DNA of 64,000 nt from an uncultured bacterium (GCA_963736115.1 CAVTNR010000014.1:192001-256000); one strand, 5' to 3'; shown: positions 39,527-50,190, counted from the first letter of the stretch. Made by a program: numbers and translations. Notes: generated from the letters alone by a model not told the origin.

Positions 39527-41707
39527 ATGCGTATGTTCGGAATGAGAGTCACGGCGGTCGTGGTTGGACTGATCTTCGGAGCCCCGTTGTCCCGGATCGC
39601 CGGTCAGCCGTCTTTTCCCTTTCAGAATCCGGATCTCCCCGTTCAGGAACGGGTGGAGGACCTGGTCTCGCGTATGACCCTCGAGGAAAAAGCCTCGCAG
39701 ATGCAGGACTGGTCGCATGCGGTCCCCAGGCTCGGTATTCCGGAATACGGATGGTGGAATGAATGCCTGCACGGCGTGGCCCGGGCCGGGATCGCGACGG
39801 TTTTTCCCCAGGCCATCGGTCTCGCCGCTACGTTCGACACGGACCTGATGCTTCAGGTCGCGACCGCGATCTCGGACGAGGCGCGCGCCAAGCACCATGA
39901 ATTCGTCCGCAACGGCAAACGGAAACGGTATCAGGGACTGACCTACTGGTCGCCCAATGTCAATATTTTCCGGGATCCCCGGTGGGGAAGGGGCCAGGAG
40001 ACATACGGAGAGGATCCCTACCTGGCGGCGCGGATGGGCGTGGCGTTCGTTGCCGGGCTTCAGGGGGACGATCCGGAATACCTGAAGCTGGTGGCCACAC
40101 CCAAACACTTCGCCGTGCACAGCGGACCCGAACCGGAAAGGCACCGTTTCGACGCGGCCGCGGATCGCAGGGATCTCTATGAAACCTATCTGCCGGCCTT
40201 CAAAGCCGCTGTGACCGAAGCCGGGGCCTGGTCGATCATGGGCGCTTACAATCGCACCAACGGCGAGGCCTGCTGCGCGCACCGGCAGCTGCTCGGCACT
40301 ATTCTGCGCGGCGAGTGGGGATTCAGGGGCTACGTCGTCTCCGATTGCGGCGCCATCGAGGACATCTGGCGGGGACACCGCCTCGCGCGGACCGAGGCTG
40401 AGGCTTCCGCTCTGGCCGTGAAAATGGGCTGCGATCTCGACTGCGGCCGGGAATACCATTCCCTGACGGAGGCCGTGAAAACCGGGCTGATCCAGGAGGC
40501 GGAAATCGACGTCGCGGTCAAGCGGCTCTTCGAGGCGCGTTTCAGACTCGGACTATTCGATCCGCCGGAACGCGTGGCCTGGGCGCGGATTCCCTATGAA
40601 AAGAACGACAGTCCCGAACACCGGAGCCTCGCGCTTCAGGCAGGCCGCAAATCCATCGTTCTGCTGAAGAACACGGACGGCCTGCTGCCGCTTTCCAGGA
40701 GCCTGAAGCGTGTTTTGGTGACCGGACCCAATGCGGACGAGGCTTCGGTGATGTACGGCAATTACAATGGCACACCCTCCTCCGCCGTGACACCCCTCGA
40801 GGGAATCCGCCAAGCTGCGTCTCCCGGCACGACCGTGATGTACGCGCCCGGATGCGACTGGACGCGTGAAGACGCGGCCGCGGCTGCCGCGGCCGTCAAT
40901 TCCGCGAAGAAAGCGGACGTGGTTGTTTTCGTCGGCGGCATTTCACCCCGGCTGGAAGGCGAGGAAATGCGCGTGGACGCGCCGGGATTCCTGGGTGGCG
41001 ACCGCACGGACATCCGTCTGCCGGCGGTTCAGACCGGCCTGCTCCAGGCGATTGCCGCCACTGGCAAACCCGTGGTGCTCGTTCTCCTGACCGGCAGCGC
41101 GATCGCGATTCCGTGGGAGCACGATCACCTGCAGGCCGTTCTGGTGGCCTGGTATCCGGGCCAGGCCGGCGGAACAGCACTGGCCGACGTCCTGTTCGGG
41201 GACACCAATCCAGCCGGACGGCTGCCCGTCACATTCTACCGCTCCAACGAACAATTGCCGCCGTTCGAAGACTACCATATGGAGGGCAGGACTTACCGGT
41301 ATTTCAAAGGCGAACCGCTGTATCCGTTCGGATTCGGACTGAGCTATACGACTTTCGAGTATGCCGGGCTCGCGGCGCCGAAAACAGCGGTGCCCGCGGG
41401 ACAGAATGCCGAGATAGCGGTGTCCGTACGCAACACTGGGAAGGTCGCGGGAGAAGAGGTGGTCCAGTTGTATCTGAAGGACATCGAAGCAAGCACGCCC
41501 AGGCCCATTCGGTCCCTGAAGGGGTTCCGTCGCGTGCATCTGAATCCGGGCGAGTCGAAAACCGTCTCCTTCGCGATCACGCCCGAGGATCTATCCATGA
41601 TCGACGCTTCCGGCAGATGGACCGTGGAGCCCGGCGTTTTCGAAGCAGCTGTCGGGCCTTCCTCCGCGGACCTGCGGCTCAAGGCCGAATTCACGGCAGG
41701 GGAATGA
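39527..41707 (+). CDS. Glycoside hydrolase family 3 (beta-xylosidase/glucosidase)
   Basis: WWNECLHG, RDPRWGRGQETYGEDP, KHF, VVSDC, YPFGFGLSY, FnIII-like C-terminus. Confidence 0.95.
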   Translation: MRMFGMRVTAVVVGLIFGAPLSRIAGQPSFPFQNPDLPVQERVEDLVSRMTLEEKASQMQDWSHAVPRLGIPEYGWWNECLHGVARAGIATVFPQAIGLAATFDTDLMLQVATAISDEARAKHHEFVRNGKRKRYQGLTYWSPNVNIFRDPRWGRGQETYGEDPYLAARMGVAFVAGLQGDDPEYLKLVATPKHFAVHSGPEPERHRFDAAADRRDLYETYLPAFKAAVTEAGAWSIMGAYNRTNGEACCAHRQLLGTILRGEWGFRGYVVSDCGAIEDIWRGHRLARTEAEASALAVKMGCDLDCGREYHSLTEAVKTGLIQEAEIDVAVKRLFEARFRLGLFDPPERVAWARIPYEKNDSPEHRSLALQAGRKSIVLLKNTDGLLPLSRSLKRVLVTGPNADEASVMYGNYNGTPSSAVTPLEGIRQAASPGTTVMYAPGCDWTREDAAAAAAAVNSAKKADVVVFVGGISPRLEGEEMRVDAPGFLGGDRTDIRLPAVQTGLLQAIAATGKPVVLVLLTGSAIAIPWEHDHLQAVLVAWYPGQAGGTALADVLFGDTNPAGRLPVTFYRSNEQLPPFEDYHMEGRTYRYFKGEPLYPFGFGLSYTTFEYAGLAAPKTAVPAGQNAEIAVSVRNTGKVAGEEVVQLYLKDIEASTPRPIRSLKGFRRVHLNPGESKTVSFAITPEDLSMIDASGRWTVEPGVFEAAVGPSSADLRLKAEFTAGE

Positions 41708-41811
41708 CCGTGCCGGCCGGGCCCGCCGCGGAAAAACAGGAATCAGGCAGTTGACCTCACAGCCGCCGCGGACGCTCCGCTGGCGGCTGTTTATTTCCGG
41801 CTTGAAATTCA

Positions 41812-41840
41812 TTGCGTCTTTCAGGCGCGTTGTTTATATT
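41812..41840 (+). promoter_or_regulatory. Putative sigma70 promoter
   Basis: TTGCGT-17-TATATT. Confidence 0.5.
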
Positions 41841-41907
41841 GAACGTTGGGCATGCGCAAAGCGCTCTCCCATCCGGAACCCGTCATTTATCAAGAGAAGG
41901 AAACCCC

Positions 41908-42609
41908 ATGAACGGCAAACGGCTCATCGCGCTCGTCTTTCTCTGCGCCGCGTCCCTTTTCGGCGGAGAACGGAATGTTTACTACCTGCATACGGGCACC
42001 TCCATGCCTCTGGCACCTGAGGCTTTCAAGGACTCCTACTCCCAGGGTTTCAACGTCGGTCTGGCGGCCGGAAGGCGCCTGACCCGCAGCTTCGAAGTCC
42101 AGACCATGCTCCATCTGAACAGCGCCGCTTTTGACAACCGGGGCTACATGAACGCAGACCCGGACATTGTCGCATTCACGGTCGCAAACGGCGCGGATCC
42201 GGATGTGGATATAGAAGGAGGCGACGCCACGGTCTGGAACCTGACTTTCAACGCCAAGCTGGCTTTTCCGTCCGGAAGCGGCGGCAAGGCGGAGCCTTAC
42301 ATCATGGCCGGCGCCGGTCTGTTCGGCCTGCGCAAGGGGAAGATCGAAATCAACGATTACCAGCAGCAACTGCCCGAATCGACCGGACGCATCGTACGCC
42401 CGGCGGCAAGCGAAACGGTTCTCGGCGTCACCGCCGGCTTCGGCGTCGAGGTGATGCTCGACCGCCGTTCGAACTTCTTCTTCGAGCTGTCGCCCTGTAT
42501 CGGGTTTACGTCCGGGGATCCGACCGTCCTGGTCCCCGTGAAATTCGGAATCTCGGTTCACGGAAAAACCGCGGTCGGCATCCAGGTGACGAATCCGGAC
42601 TATCCATGA
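41908..42609 (+). CDS. Small outer-membrane beta-barrel protein
   Basis: Signal peptide; EPYIMAGAGLF, GVTAGFGVEV, PVKFGISV strands. Confidence 0.65.
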   Translation: MNGKRLIALVFLCAASLFGGERNVYYLHTGTSMPLAPEAFKDSYSQGFNVGLAAGRRLTRSFEVQTMLHLNSAAFDNRGYMNADPDIVAFTVANGADPDVDIEGGDATVWNLTFNAKLAFPSGSGGKAEPYIMAGAGLFGLRKGKIEINDYQQQLPESTGRIVRPAASETVLGVTAGFGVEVMLDRRSNFFFELSPCIGFTSGDPTVLVPVKFGISVHGKTAVGIQVTNPDYP

Positions 42610-42650
42610 CGTCGAAGTCCGACACGCACCCATTCGGAAAGGCCATTGCC

Positions 42651-44336
42651 ATGTCGAAGAACATCGCTTTTTTTGCGGCGTCGATCTTGATGGCTGCCGC
42701 AGTCATGTTCCTGTCCGTTTCCGCCGTCGGCCAGACCCGCCTGACCTGCGTCGGCAACAGCATCACTGAGGGAGCCGGTTTGAGCAATCCCCAGACGGAC
42801 AGTTATCCGGCCCAGGCCGCGGCCATGCTGGGTTCGACCTGGTCCATCCGTAATGCGGGCGTCTCCGGCCGCACCATGCTGAAGCAGGGTGACTATCCCC
42901 TCTGGGTGGAAACCAAGTTCAATCAGGGGCTGAACTTCAATCCCGACACAGTCACCATCTGCCTCGGGACCAATGACAGCAAACCGTACAACTGGGTCTA
43001 CAAGGACCAGTTCACCGCCGACTATGCGGCGATGATCGATACCTTCCGGGCGCAACCCGCCGGTCCGCTTGTCTATGTCTGCATCCCGCCCCCGGCTTTC
43101 AGCCCGGCATACGACATCAGCGACTCGGTTCTCACGAACGACATAATCCCCATGATCCGGCAGACCGCCGCAGACAAGGACTGCCCGATCATTGATTTCC
43201 GCGCGCCCCTGCTGGGCCGTCCGGATCTGCTGCCGGACGGGATCCATCCCAATATCGAGGGATCCGGGATCATGGCCAAGGTGCTCTGGGAAACGATGAC
43301 CGGACGGAGCATCGTACGGGTGAAGGACGAAGACGCGGCCGCGGGCCGGCCCGTTGCTGCAAGCGGCTCCGTCGATCCGGCTCTATACGGCGCTGCCAAC
43401 CTGGTGGACGCAGATGACCGGACTTTCTGGGTCGCAGTCGGATTCCCCTCGCAGGTCGTGGTGGATCTGGGTTCCGTCCAGACGGTCGACCTGTTCCGGG
43501 TGGGATTCGGTGACGCGGCCGGAACGGGTCTCGGCTACACGGTCGAAACCGCCGTCGCATCCGGCGTCTGGTCCGAAGCCGTGGACCGGTCCTCGCGGAC
43601 CGACACCGCGGCCGTGGCGCTCGACCAGACGGATCCGGTCCAGGCTCGGTACGTGCGGCTCACCGTGACCGGCGCGTCCCATCCGGACGGCGACACGGTC
43701 CGCGTATCGGACTTCCGTGTGCTCAAGGAGAACGGAAGCGCGCATGCGCCTGTGTTCTACACCCGCCGGACGTCCACGACGGCCACGACCATGAAATTCG
43801 ATGTTCATCTGGTTTATCCGAACGGGGCGGATGGATGCAGCATGTTCTTCAAGCAGGCCGGGGAGGACGCGGCATACACGGCGCTGTGGGGATTCAAAGC
43901 AGGCGCTGACTACCGGTACCGGGACACGATCCGGCTCGGCAAGAAGAACGGATATTTCGCGATCTCCTTCCGCGACGGCGTGGAGGTGGTTTCGGACACG
44001 GTCTGGGCGGAAGCCAGGACGAGCGGCGTGGAGGAGAGCCGGGAGAGCTCGAAGCCGTCCCGATGCGTTCTGCACGAAGCCTACCCCAATCCCTTCAACC
44101 CCAGCACAACCGTGACCTGGGAACTCCCGCGTCCTGCGGATGCGTCTGTCCGCGTATTCGATGTGAGCGGTCGTGAGGTGGCGGCTCTGGCGAACGGGCC
44201 CGCGGATGCAGGCAGACACCGTACGATATGGAACGGACAGGATGCATCCGGACATCTCGTCCCAGCGGGCGTTTACATTGTGCGTTTGTTTGCGGACGGA
44301 GCTGCGCAAAGCAGGAAAATCGTACTGGTGAAGTAA
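42651..44336 (+). CDS. Secreted SGNH/GDSL esterase + discoidin (F5/8C) domain + FlgD-Ig/T9SS-type CTD
   Basis: CVGNSITEG, NAGVSG, LGTND, DGIHP; ARYVRLTV; YPNPFNP..RKIVLVK. Confidence 0.88.
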   Translation: MSKNIAFFAASILMAAAVMFLSVSAVGQTRLTCVGNSITEGAGLSNPQTDSYPAQAAAMLGSTWSIRNAGVSGRTMLKQGDYPLWVETKFNQGLNFNPDTVTICLGTNDSKPYNWVYKDQFTADYAAMIDTFRAQPAGPLVYVCIPPPAFSPAYDISDSVLTNDIIPMIRQTAADKDCPIIDFRAPLLGRPDLLPDGIHPNIEGSGIMAKVLWETMTGRSIVRVKDEDAAAGRPVAASGSVDPALYGAANLVDADDRTFWVAVGFPSQVVVDLGSVQTVDLFRVGFGDAAGTGLGYTVETAVASGVWSEAVDRSSRTDTAAVALDQTDPVQARYVRLTVTGASHPDGDTVRVSDFRVLKENGSAHAPVFYTRRTSTTATTMKFDVHLVYPNGADGCSMFFKQAGEDAAYTALWGFKAGADYRYRDTIRLGKKNGYFAISFRDGVEVVSDTVWAEARTSGVEESRESSKPSRCVLHEAYPNPFNPSTTVTWELPRPADASVRVFDVSGREVAALANGPADAGRHRTIWNGQDASGHLVPAGVYIVRLFADGAAQSRKIVLVK

Positions 44337-44489
44337 AGCACCAAGCACAAAGCATAGAGCTTCAGTCAGTGATTTGAAGAATATCTGAGAGTTGGGATTG
44401 CTTCGATCGGGAGTCCAGAAGCCTGGTCATTCTGGTTCCAGTTTTCCTGGATGATCGAAGATTGGGTTTCTGACCGCTCCGACGGGTCG

Positions 44490-44700
44490 GATTCTCCGGC
44501 CCCGCGATGCGGGAACAAGCTGCAGATGCGGGCTAATGAAGACTTCGCCGGACCCAGTAATGAGATTTGTTCATTAGTGAAGGCCCTCCGCTTGTCTTCA
44601 ACAAGCAGGGATATAATAGCTTGATCCCGCAAAGCGGGGCCTTCAAACAGAAGCCATATAAAAGATTGGTCCCGCGAAGCGGGCGACGGAGTTCTTCATT
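44490..44700 (-). repeat. REP-like cluster, copy C, with two tandem ~45-bp units (44594-44638, 44639-44682)
   Basis: Reverse complement matches the inserts at 6744/6910; 44490-44514 matches 46870-46894 at 24/25 in inverted orientation. Confidence 0.8.
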
Positions 44701-44750
44701 ATCGAAAGGCCTGGATTCGGATTGGATCGGATCCGGGCCTTTTTATGTGT

Positions 44751-46460
44751 TTACCGCGCCGTTTTCCCTATCACCCGGAAATTGAATTCGTACGAGAGAC
44801 TGCGGCTCCAATTTTCGTCGAACAGCGTGTTGAACCGCGTCCCGTCATTGGGGCCCACGGGCTTGCCGTACGTGAAGAACCAGTTGATCACCGGGCTTCC
44901 TGAATAGCACAGCACCATCCAGTACCGTCCGGCCGCCAGTTCCGGGGCGCGCCCGGAGAAAGCGAAATCCATCCAGTCGTAGCCCGCGGCCGGTTTCATG
45001 GATCCGACAGGGATCAGGTCGCTCGTTTCAATGAGACCGCCGGGTTTTCCCGCTCCGTCGTCCCGAAGCACTTCCAGCCAGAGACTGCCCGATCCCCCGA
45101 ACGGGTGCAGGGCGAGTCCGATTTGCTCGATCCGCATGGGCCGGTTCAGAATAAAGGTCTGTGCGTACCGCTCGCCGCGGCCGGTGACGTATTCCGCGGT
45201 TTCCACCACGAAGCTCCGGTTGATTGTGAACTCATCGTCCGAGCCGGAACCCCGGGCCTGCCGGAATCCGGAGAAATCCTCGCCCCTGGGATATTCCAGA
45301 TTGCCCGTCGTGTCCGGCATGCTAAAATCCGGACGATCGGCCGGAACCGGTTCCGCGACCGGAGCGGCTTCCTGTTCGGGGACGAATGCGACATTTTCGA
45401 ACCCGGCTTCGACGGCCGGTGAGAATAGCAGTTTTTTCGGACCGTAGGACTGCCGCGCGGCGAAGAGATCCACCCGGTCCTGAACGAACTCGGCGTCCAC
45501 AATCTCCTGGAACAACGGCATTTGAAGGCTGCCGGGGGAGCGTTTCCAGCGGATGGAACCGTCATTGACGGTCTCTTCGTTGTCCAGGCCGGTTTCCACC
45601 CGGATGAAACGGTTGCTCACGAACAGTTCGCTCTGCTGGGGGTCGAAGGGCACCCACCCGAGGTCCGGGAAATACACCTCGATCCAGGAATGCCGGCCCT
45701 GGGCCATGCGCATGGCGAATGTCCCGCCGGACATTTTCATATCATAGGGTTGTTTCAGCGTCACGCCGTTCACGATCCGGACGGGAATGCCGACGGCGCG
45801 CATCATCGTCGCGGCCAGATGGCTGTAGTTCTGGCAGTTGCCTTTTCCTGTTTTCAGGGACCAGACGGCGTCGTAACGCTCCGGATTCTGGACGTAATTC
45901 ACGCGGTCCACGAGCCAGGAGAGAATGCGCTGGACCGCGTCGAATTCGGTCCGGCTGGATGCGGTCAGGCGGCGCGCCTGCTTCAGAATTTCCGGGTGCG
46001 CGCTGGGTATCATCTTGGTGGGTTGAAGGTAAGGCCGGACATCCGGAGCGAGGCCGGTCAGGGGAAAGGGCGCCGACGCCTTCAGGGGTTTCAGGTCCGT
46101 CCGATTGACGGCTGTGCAGGTCAGGGTCGCGCGGACCGTGTTCCGCGGATTTTCCCATTCCACTTCAAGGATCTCATTGCCTCTTGAATCGATCCGGTTT
46201 TTCCTCGAAGACGGCGGGACCGAGAAACGGATATCAAAATCCCGGATGACCTGGGTATAGCCGGGGGAAGTAAAACTTTTCGGCGTCACATAACTCATCA
46301 CGAGCCGCGATACGCCGTCTCCCGGCATGAAATTCTGGGTCATGACATAGCGGATCTCGGAGGACTGACCGCCGTTGAGAAGATACTGCTCGGCATATCC
46401 TGCGGAGCAGAACGCGAGCATCCAGGCTATCAGCAGGTTCAGTCTCATGGGGTCTCCCAT
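44751..46460 (-). CDS. Secreted transglutaminase-like domain protein
   Basis: Signal peptide; Cys-His-Asp triad GNCQNYS / HSWIEV / FDP. Confidence 0.85.
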   Translation of the reverse strand: MGDPMRLNLLIAWMLAFCSAGYAEQYLLNGGQSSEIRYVMTQNFMPGDGVSRLVMSYVTPKSFTSPGYTQVIRDFDIRFSVPPSSRKNRIDSRGNEILEVEWENPRNTVRATLTCTAVNRTDLKPLKASAPFPLTGLAPDVRPYLQPTKMIPSAHPEILKQARRLTASSRTEFDAVQRILSWLVDRVNYVQNPERYDAVWSLKTGKGNCQNYSHLAATMMRAVGIPVRIVNGVTLKQPYDMKMSGGTFAMRMAQGRHSWIEVYFPDLGWVPFDPQQSELFVSNRFIRVETGLDNEETVNDGSIRWKRSPGSLQMPLFQEIVDAEFVQDRVDLFAARQSYGPKKLLFSPAVEAGFENVAFVPEQEAAPVAEPVPADRPDFSMPDTTGNLEYPRGEDFSGFRQARGSGSDDEFTINRSFVVETAEYVTGRGERYAQTFILNRPMRIEQIGLALHPFGGSGSLWLEVLRDDGAGKPGGLIETSDLIPVGSMKPAAGYDWMDFAFSGRAPELAAGRYWMVLCYSGSPVINWFFTYGKPVGPNDGTRFNTLFDENWSRSLSYEFNFRVIGKTAR

Positions 46461-46847
46461 TGCATTTATTGCACCGGGTTTCGCGTCGGATCGGATGCCG
46501 GATGATCATTCGACCGTCCAATGGAGCAGGACGGTGCGTATCGACGCGTTTTATCCCGTAGATTACACATTCATGGACATTTTCGCAAGCCGTTTGTTCG
46601 TCTTCGACCGCCAATCTGTATTTTAATCTGGCATTTGTGACGAATTTTAACTATATTTTCAGGATAATAACGGCTTTATGCGTCTTTTCGCATCGCGTTT
46701 CTCCGGACTCAGGGACGGCTGCGGACAGGGTATGTGCATTGGGCCGCTGGATCCCACGCTCCGCAAGGCGGCGCGGCGTCCGGCAAACGGTTCTTTCGGG
46801 CGGTGCGTTCCGCCATCACAGTCCAGCGGCGTTCCGGTTCCCGGCAG

Positions 46848-46977
46848 GATTGAAGCTGCCCGCGGCCCGTCCCGCATCGCGGGGCCGGGGAATCTTCTAT
46901 CTGTAGAGAACAGACTATTTATATTCGCTCGCTTACCCCGGGGCAAGCCCCGGGGTAAGCGCTCGCTGACAGATTCA
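46848..46977. repeat. REP/MITE-like element, copy B, with an uninterrupted 15-bp palindrome
   Basis: CGCTTACCCCGGGGC-AA-GCCCCGGGGTAAGCG (46930-61); 21-nt identity of 46920-40 with 6885-6905. Confidence 0.8.
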
Positions 46978-47014
46978 AGGAGGGAGGCCTTGACCAGCGG
47001 ACGCGGATGGAAGG

Positions 47015-47998
47015 ATGATGATGATACGAGGTTTGTCAGGAAGGGCCGCGGCGATCGTCTGTCTGCAGGCGCTTCTGCTCCTGTCCGGATGCGGAGAATC
47101 GCCCCGACGCATTCTCTATCTCAATTCCTATCATGAAGGATACGCGCCGAGCGACGAGAAGATGCTCGCCGTCCAGCAGGCCGTCGCCGCCCGGCCCGAC
47201 CTTGTCCTGAAGATCTTCTTCCTGGATGCCCAGAGACAACGAGACGAAAAACACCTTGAGGCCAGGATCCGGGAAGCGCTGGAAACCGTGGAGGAGTTTA
47301 ATCCGGATGTGCTGATAGCGGCGGACGACGACGCGGTGAAGCACATCATCGCGCCGCATTTCAGGAAAGGCCGCATCCCCGTTGTTTTCTGCGGCGTGGA
47401 TTGGACCTGCCAGCAGTACGGGCTGCCGACCGCGCAGGTGACGGGCATTCTTGAGATCCCTCCCGTCCGAGAGACCGTTCGCGCGCTGCGGGACAATGTC
47501 CCCTCGGTCCGTAACTGTTTCGTTCTTTCCGGAAATTCCGTGAGCGATCGTAAAAATGCCCGGACCCTCGAAACCCTTCTCCGGGGGGAGGGGCTCCATT
47601 CGGAAACGCTACTGGTGAATGATTTCAACGAATGGAAAAGACACTTTGACGCGGCCAACAACACCGCCGACGCCGTGTTCCTTCCCTCCATGGGCGGTAT
47701 CGACGGCTGGGACGACACGAAAGCCTTTGAATTCGTATTCCGGACCATCCGCAAGCCGGTCTTCACCTGCGAACGGTCCATGATGCGTTACGCGGTCTTC
47801 GGTTTCACCATGGTCGAAAGCGAGCAGGGACAGTGGGCGGCCCGGACCGCGCTGGAGATCCTGTCGGGCAAATCGCCCGTCGATTTTGCCGTGGCCGTGA
47901 ACCGGGAGACCCGCGGGTACATCAATCCGGTCCTCGCCGACAGGATCGAACTGAAATTCAATCCGCAAACCCTGGCGCGGCTGGAGCCGGTGAAGTGA
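47015..47998 (+). CDS. ABC-type substrate-binding lipoprotein
   Basis: Lipobox LSGC; LNSYHEGY, PDVLIAADDDA, PVVFCGV. Confidence 0.8.
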   Translation: MMMIRGLSGRAAAIVCLQALLLLSGCGESPRRILYLNSYHEGYAPSDEKMLAVQQAVAARPDLVLKIFFLDAQRQRDEKHLEARIREALETVEEFNPDVLIAADDDAVKHIIAPHFRKGRIPVVFCGVDWTCQQYGLPTAQVTGILEIPPVRETVRALRDNVPSVRNCFVLSGNSVSDRKNARTLETLLRGEGLHSETLLVNDFNEWKRHFDAANNTADAVFLPSMGGIDGWDDTKAFEFVFRTIRKPVFTCERSMMRYAVFGFTMVESEQGQWAARTALEILSGKSPVDFAVAVNRETRGYINPVLADRIELKFNPQTLARLEPVK

Positions 47999-48155
47999 CG
48001 GCCGTGTCCGTCGCCGGCTCCCTCATCCGTCATCCGGACGGACGGCCGCGGGCTGGGATCAGACGGAGGGGCCTGTCCTTGCGTGCCGGGGATAGGCCAT
48101 CCGGATCGGCGGCCTGCAGCGCCGCGTCACCCAATGCGTGAGCCGGAGCCTTTTC

Positions 48156-48476
48156 ATGCACATCATCCAGCCTGAAACGGTGCGTCGGGTCATTGCGCTC
48201 GCGGAAGCGATGGAGACCCGGAGCGCCCCGGATGACGGAATGCCCGGGCCCTCGGAAGCACTGGAGGCGGCTCTTGCCGGCATGCCCCACCACGAGATCG
48301 TGGAACTGGTGGCCATGATTTCCGTGGGGCGCGGGGATCCGGGATCGGACCGTTTCGAATTCATCCTGGGGAACATCTATATGACCAAGGAGAAAGCGAT
48401 CCGGTATCTGATGGATAAGCAGCATCTGGCGGAGTATCTGAGCAAGGCGATGATCAAGCTCGGCATGGAAACCTGA
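48156..48476 (+). CDS. DUF3775-like protein
   Basis: ELVAMISVGRGD..YLMDKQHLAEYL; ggag RBS. Confidence 0.55.
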   Translation: MHIIQPETVRRVIALAEAMETRSAPDDGMPGPSEALEAALAGMPHHEIVELVAMISVGRGDPGSDRFEFILGNIYMTKEKAIRYLMDKQHLAEYLSKAMIKLGMET

Positions 48477-48524
48477 CCGTTCCGCCGTCCGTAGATGCCG
48501 TTTCACAATCGATTGGGGCTTCCC

Positions 48525-50105
48525 ATGTCAGCCGAAAAAGAACGCGTTCTGGTCATGGACACCACCCTGCGGGATGGTGAACAGATGAAGAACGTCAGCT
48601 ACCCGCCCGACGAGAAACTCGCCATCGCCAAGATGCTTCTGCGGGCGGTGGGCGTGGACCGCGTGGAAATCGCCAGCGCGCGCGTCAGCAAGGGCGAGGA
48701 AGCGGCCGTGCGCCGCATCATCGAGTGGGCGAAATCGGAGGGCCTTGACGACCGCGTCGAGATTCTCGGCTTCGTGGACGGCGGCAAATCGGTCGACTGG
48801 CTGGTTTCCCAGGGCGCCCGGGTGATGAACCTGCTCGCCAAAGGGTCCCTGAAGCACTGCGTCAATCAGCTGAAGAAAACCCGGGAGGAGCACGTCCGGG
48901 ACATCCGCGATACGCTCGCGTACGCCGCTTCCCGGGGGGTGGCCTGCAATCTGTACCTCGAGGACTGGTCCAACGGCATGCTGCACTCCCCGGAGTACGT
49001 CTATTTCCTGCTGGAACAACTCGACGGATCCACCGTGAAGCGGTTTCTCCTGCCGGACACGCTCGGCGTTCTGTATCCCCGCCAGGTGTTGACATTCGCT
49101 TCGGATGTCGTCAAACGATTCCCCGGCCTGTGCTTCGATTTTCACGGGCACAACGATTACGGACTCGCCGTGGCCAACACGCTGGCGGCCGTGGAGGCGG
49201 GAATCCGATGCGTTCATTGCACGGTGAACGGAATGGGGGAAAGGGCGGGGAACACGCCGCTCGACGAGACCGTGATCGGCATCCATGATTTTCTCGGCCT
49301 CTCCACGAACGTGGACGAGAAAGAGCTGTTCCGCGTCAGCCAGGCCGTCGAGGCCTATTCCGGATGCCGCGTTCCGTTCAACAAACCCATCTCCGGATCG
49401 AATGTGTTCACCCAGACGGCCGGCATCCACGCGGACGGCGACAAGAAGGGCAATCTCTACCACACCCGGCTCATGCCCGAGCGGTTCGACCGGAAACGCC
49501 AGTACGCGCTGGGCAAGCTCAGCGGAAAATCCAGCCTGGATTACAACCTGGAAAAGCTGGGCATCACCCTGACCCCGGAACAGAAGCGGACGGTGCTGGA
49601 CCGCATCGTGGAGCTCGGCGACCGCAAGGAAAGCATCACGGACGACGATCTCCCGTACATCGTCACCGACGTGCTCGACACGCCGGAGGAGAAGCGGTTC
49701 ACCTTCCGGTCCTGCGTCATCGTCACCAGCATGGACCTCAAGCCCATGGCCACGATCAAGGTCATTGTCCGCGACCCGGATGACGGGAGCGAACAGGAGC
49801 TCGAGTCCAGCGCCCAGGGCGACGGGGGATACGACGCGTTCATGAACGCCCTGCACGGCGTGGCCCACCGGATCGCCTTCCCCCTTCCGAAACTGGTGGA
49901 TTACGCGGTGTCCATCCCGCCCGGCGGGAAAACGGACGCGCTGGTCCGGTGCGCCATTACCTGGCGCAGTGGCGAGGCGCTGTTCATGACGAAGGGCGTC
50001 AATTCTGACCAGGTCATGGCCGCGATCGAGGCCACCGAGAAGATGATGAACCTGACCGCTCTGCAGAAGGGGAAAACGGATGGGAGGAAACAGCCGGCGC
50101 CCTGA
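48525..50105 (+). CDS. cimA: (R)-citramalate synthase (Leptospira-type LeuA-family)
   Basis: DTTLRDGEQ, VDRVEIASARVSKGE, HGHNDYG, GERAGN, C-terminal regulatory domain. Confidence 0.85.
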   Translation: MSAEKERVLVMDTTLRDGEQMKNVSYPPDEKLAIAKMLLRAVGVDRVEIASARVSKGEEAAVRRIIEWAKSEGLDDRVEILGFVDGGKSVDWLVSQGARVMNLLAKGSLKHCVNQLKKTREEHVRDIRDTLAYAASRGVACNLYLEDWSNGMLHSPEYVYFLLEQLDGSTVKRFLLPDTLGVLYPRQVLTFASDVVKRFPGLCFDFHGHNDYGLAVANTLAAVEAGIRCVHCTVNGMGERAGNTPLDETVIGIHDFLGLSTNVDEKELFRVSQAVEAYSGCRVPFNKPISGSNVFTQTAGIHADGDKKGNLYHTRLMPERFDRKRQYALGKLSGKSSLDYNLEKLGITLTPEQKRTVLDRIVELGDRKESITDDDLPYIVTDVLDTPEEKRFTFRSCVIVTSMDLKPMATIKVIVRDPDDGSEQELESSAQGDGGYDAFMNALHGVAHRIAFPLPKLVDYAVSIPPGGKTDALVRCAITWRSGEALFMTKGVNSDQVMAAIEATEKMMNLTALQKGKTDGRKQPAP

Positions 50106-50152
50106 TCCCGGTGTCTGATCGGGGCGGCCTCTTTCGGGGGCGAACGGCTACA

Positions 50153-50188
50153 GCCTCACGGACCCATGCGGTTCCGGGAGGCTTTTTT
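50153..50188 (+). terminator. Intrinsic terminator between convergent genes
   Basis: GCCTCACGGACCC..GGTTCCGGGAGGC followed by TTTTTT. Confidence 0.6.
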
Positions 50189-50190
50189 GT

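Noticed and set aside
44336-44362. AAGCAC-type heptamer run after the esterase stop
   Set aside because: Only about three degenerate units and no inverted partner seen.
44594-44682. CRISPR array (constant ends with TTGAAGAC, variable cores)
   Set aside because: Only two tandem units, 15-16-nt cores, imperfect repeats, no cas genes, and embedded in REP palindromes.
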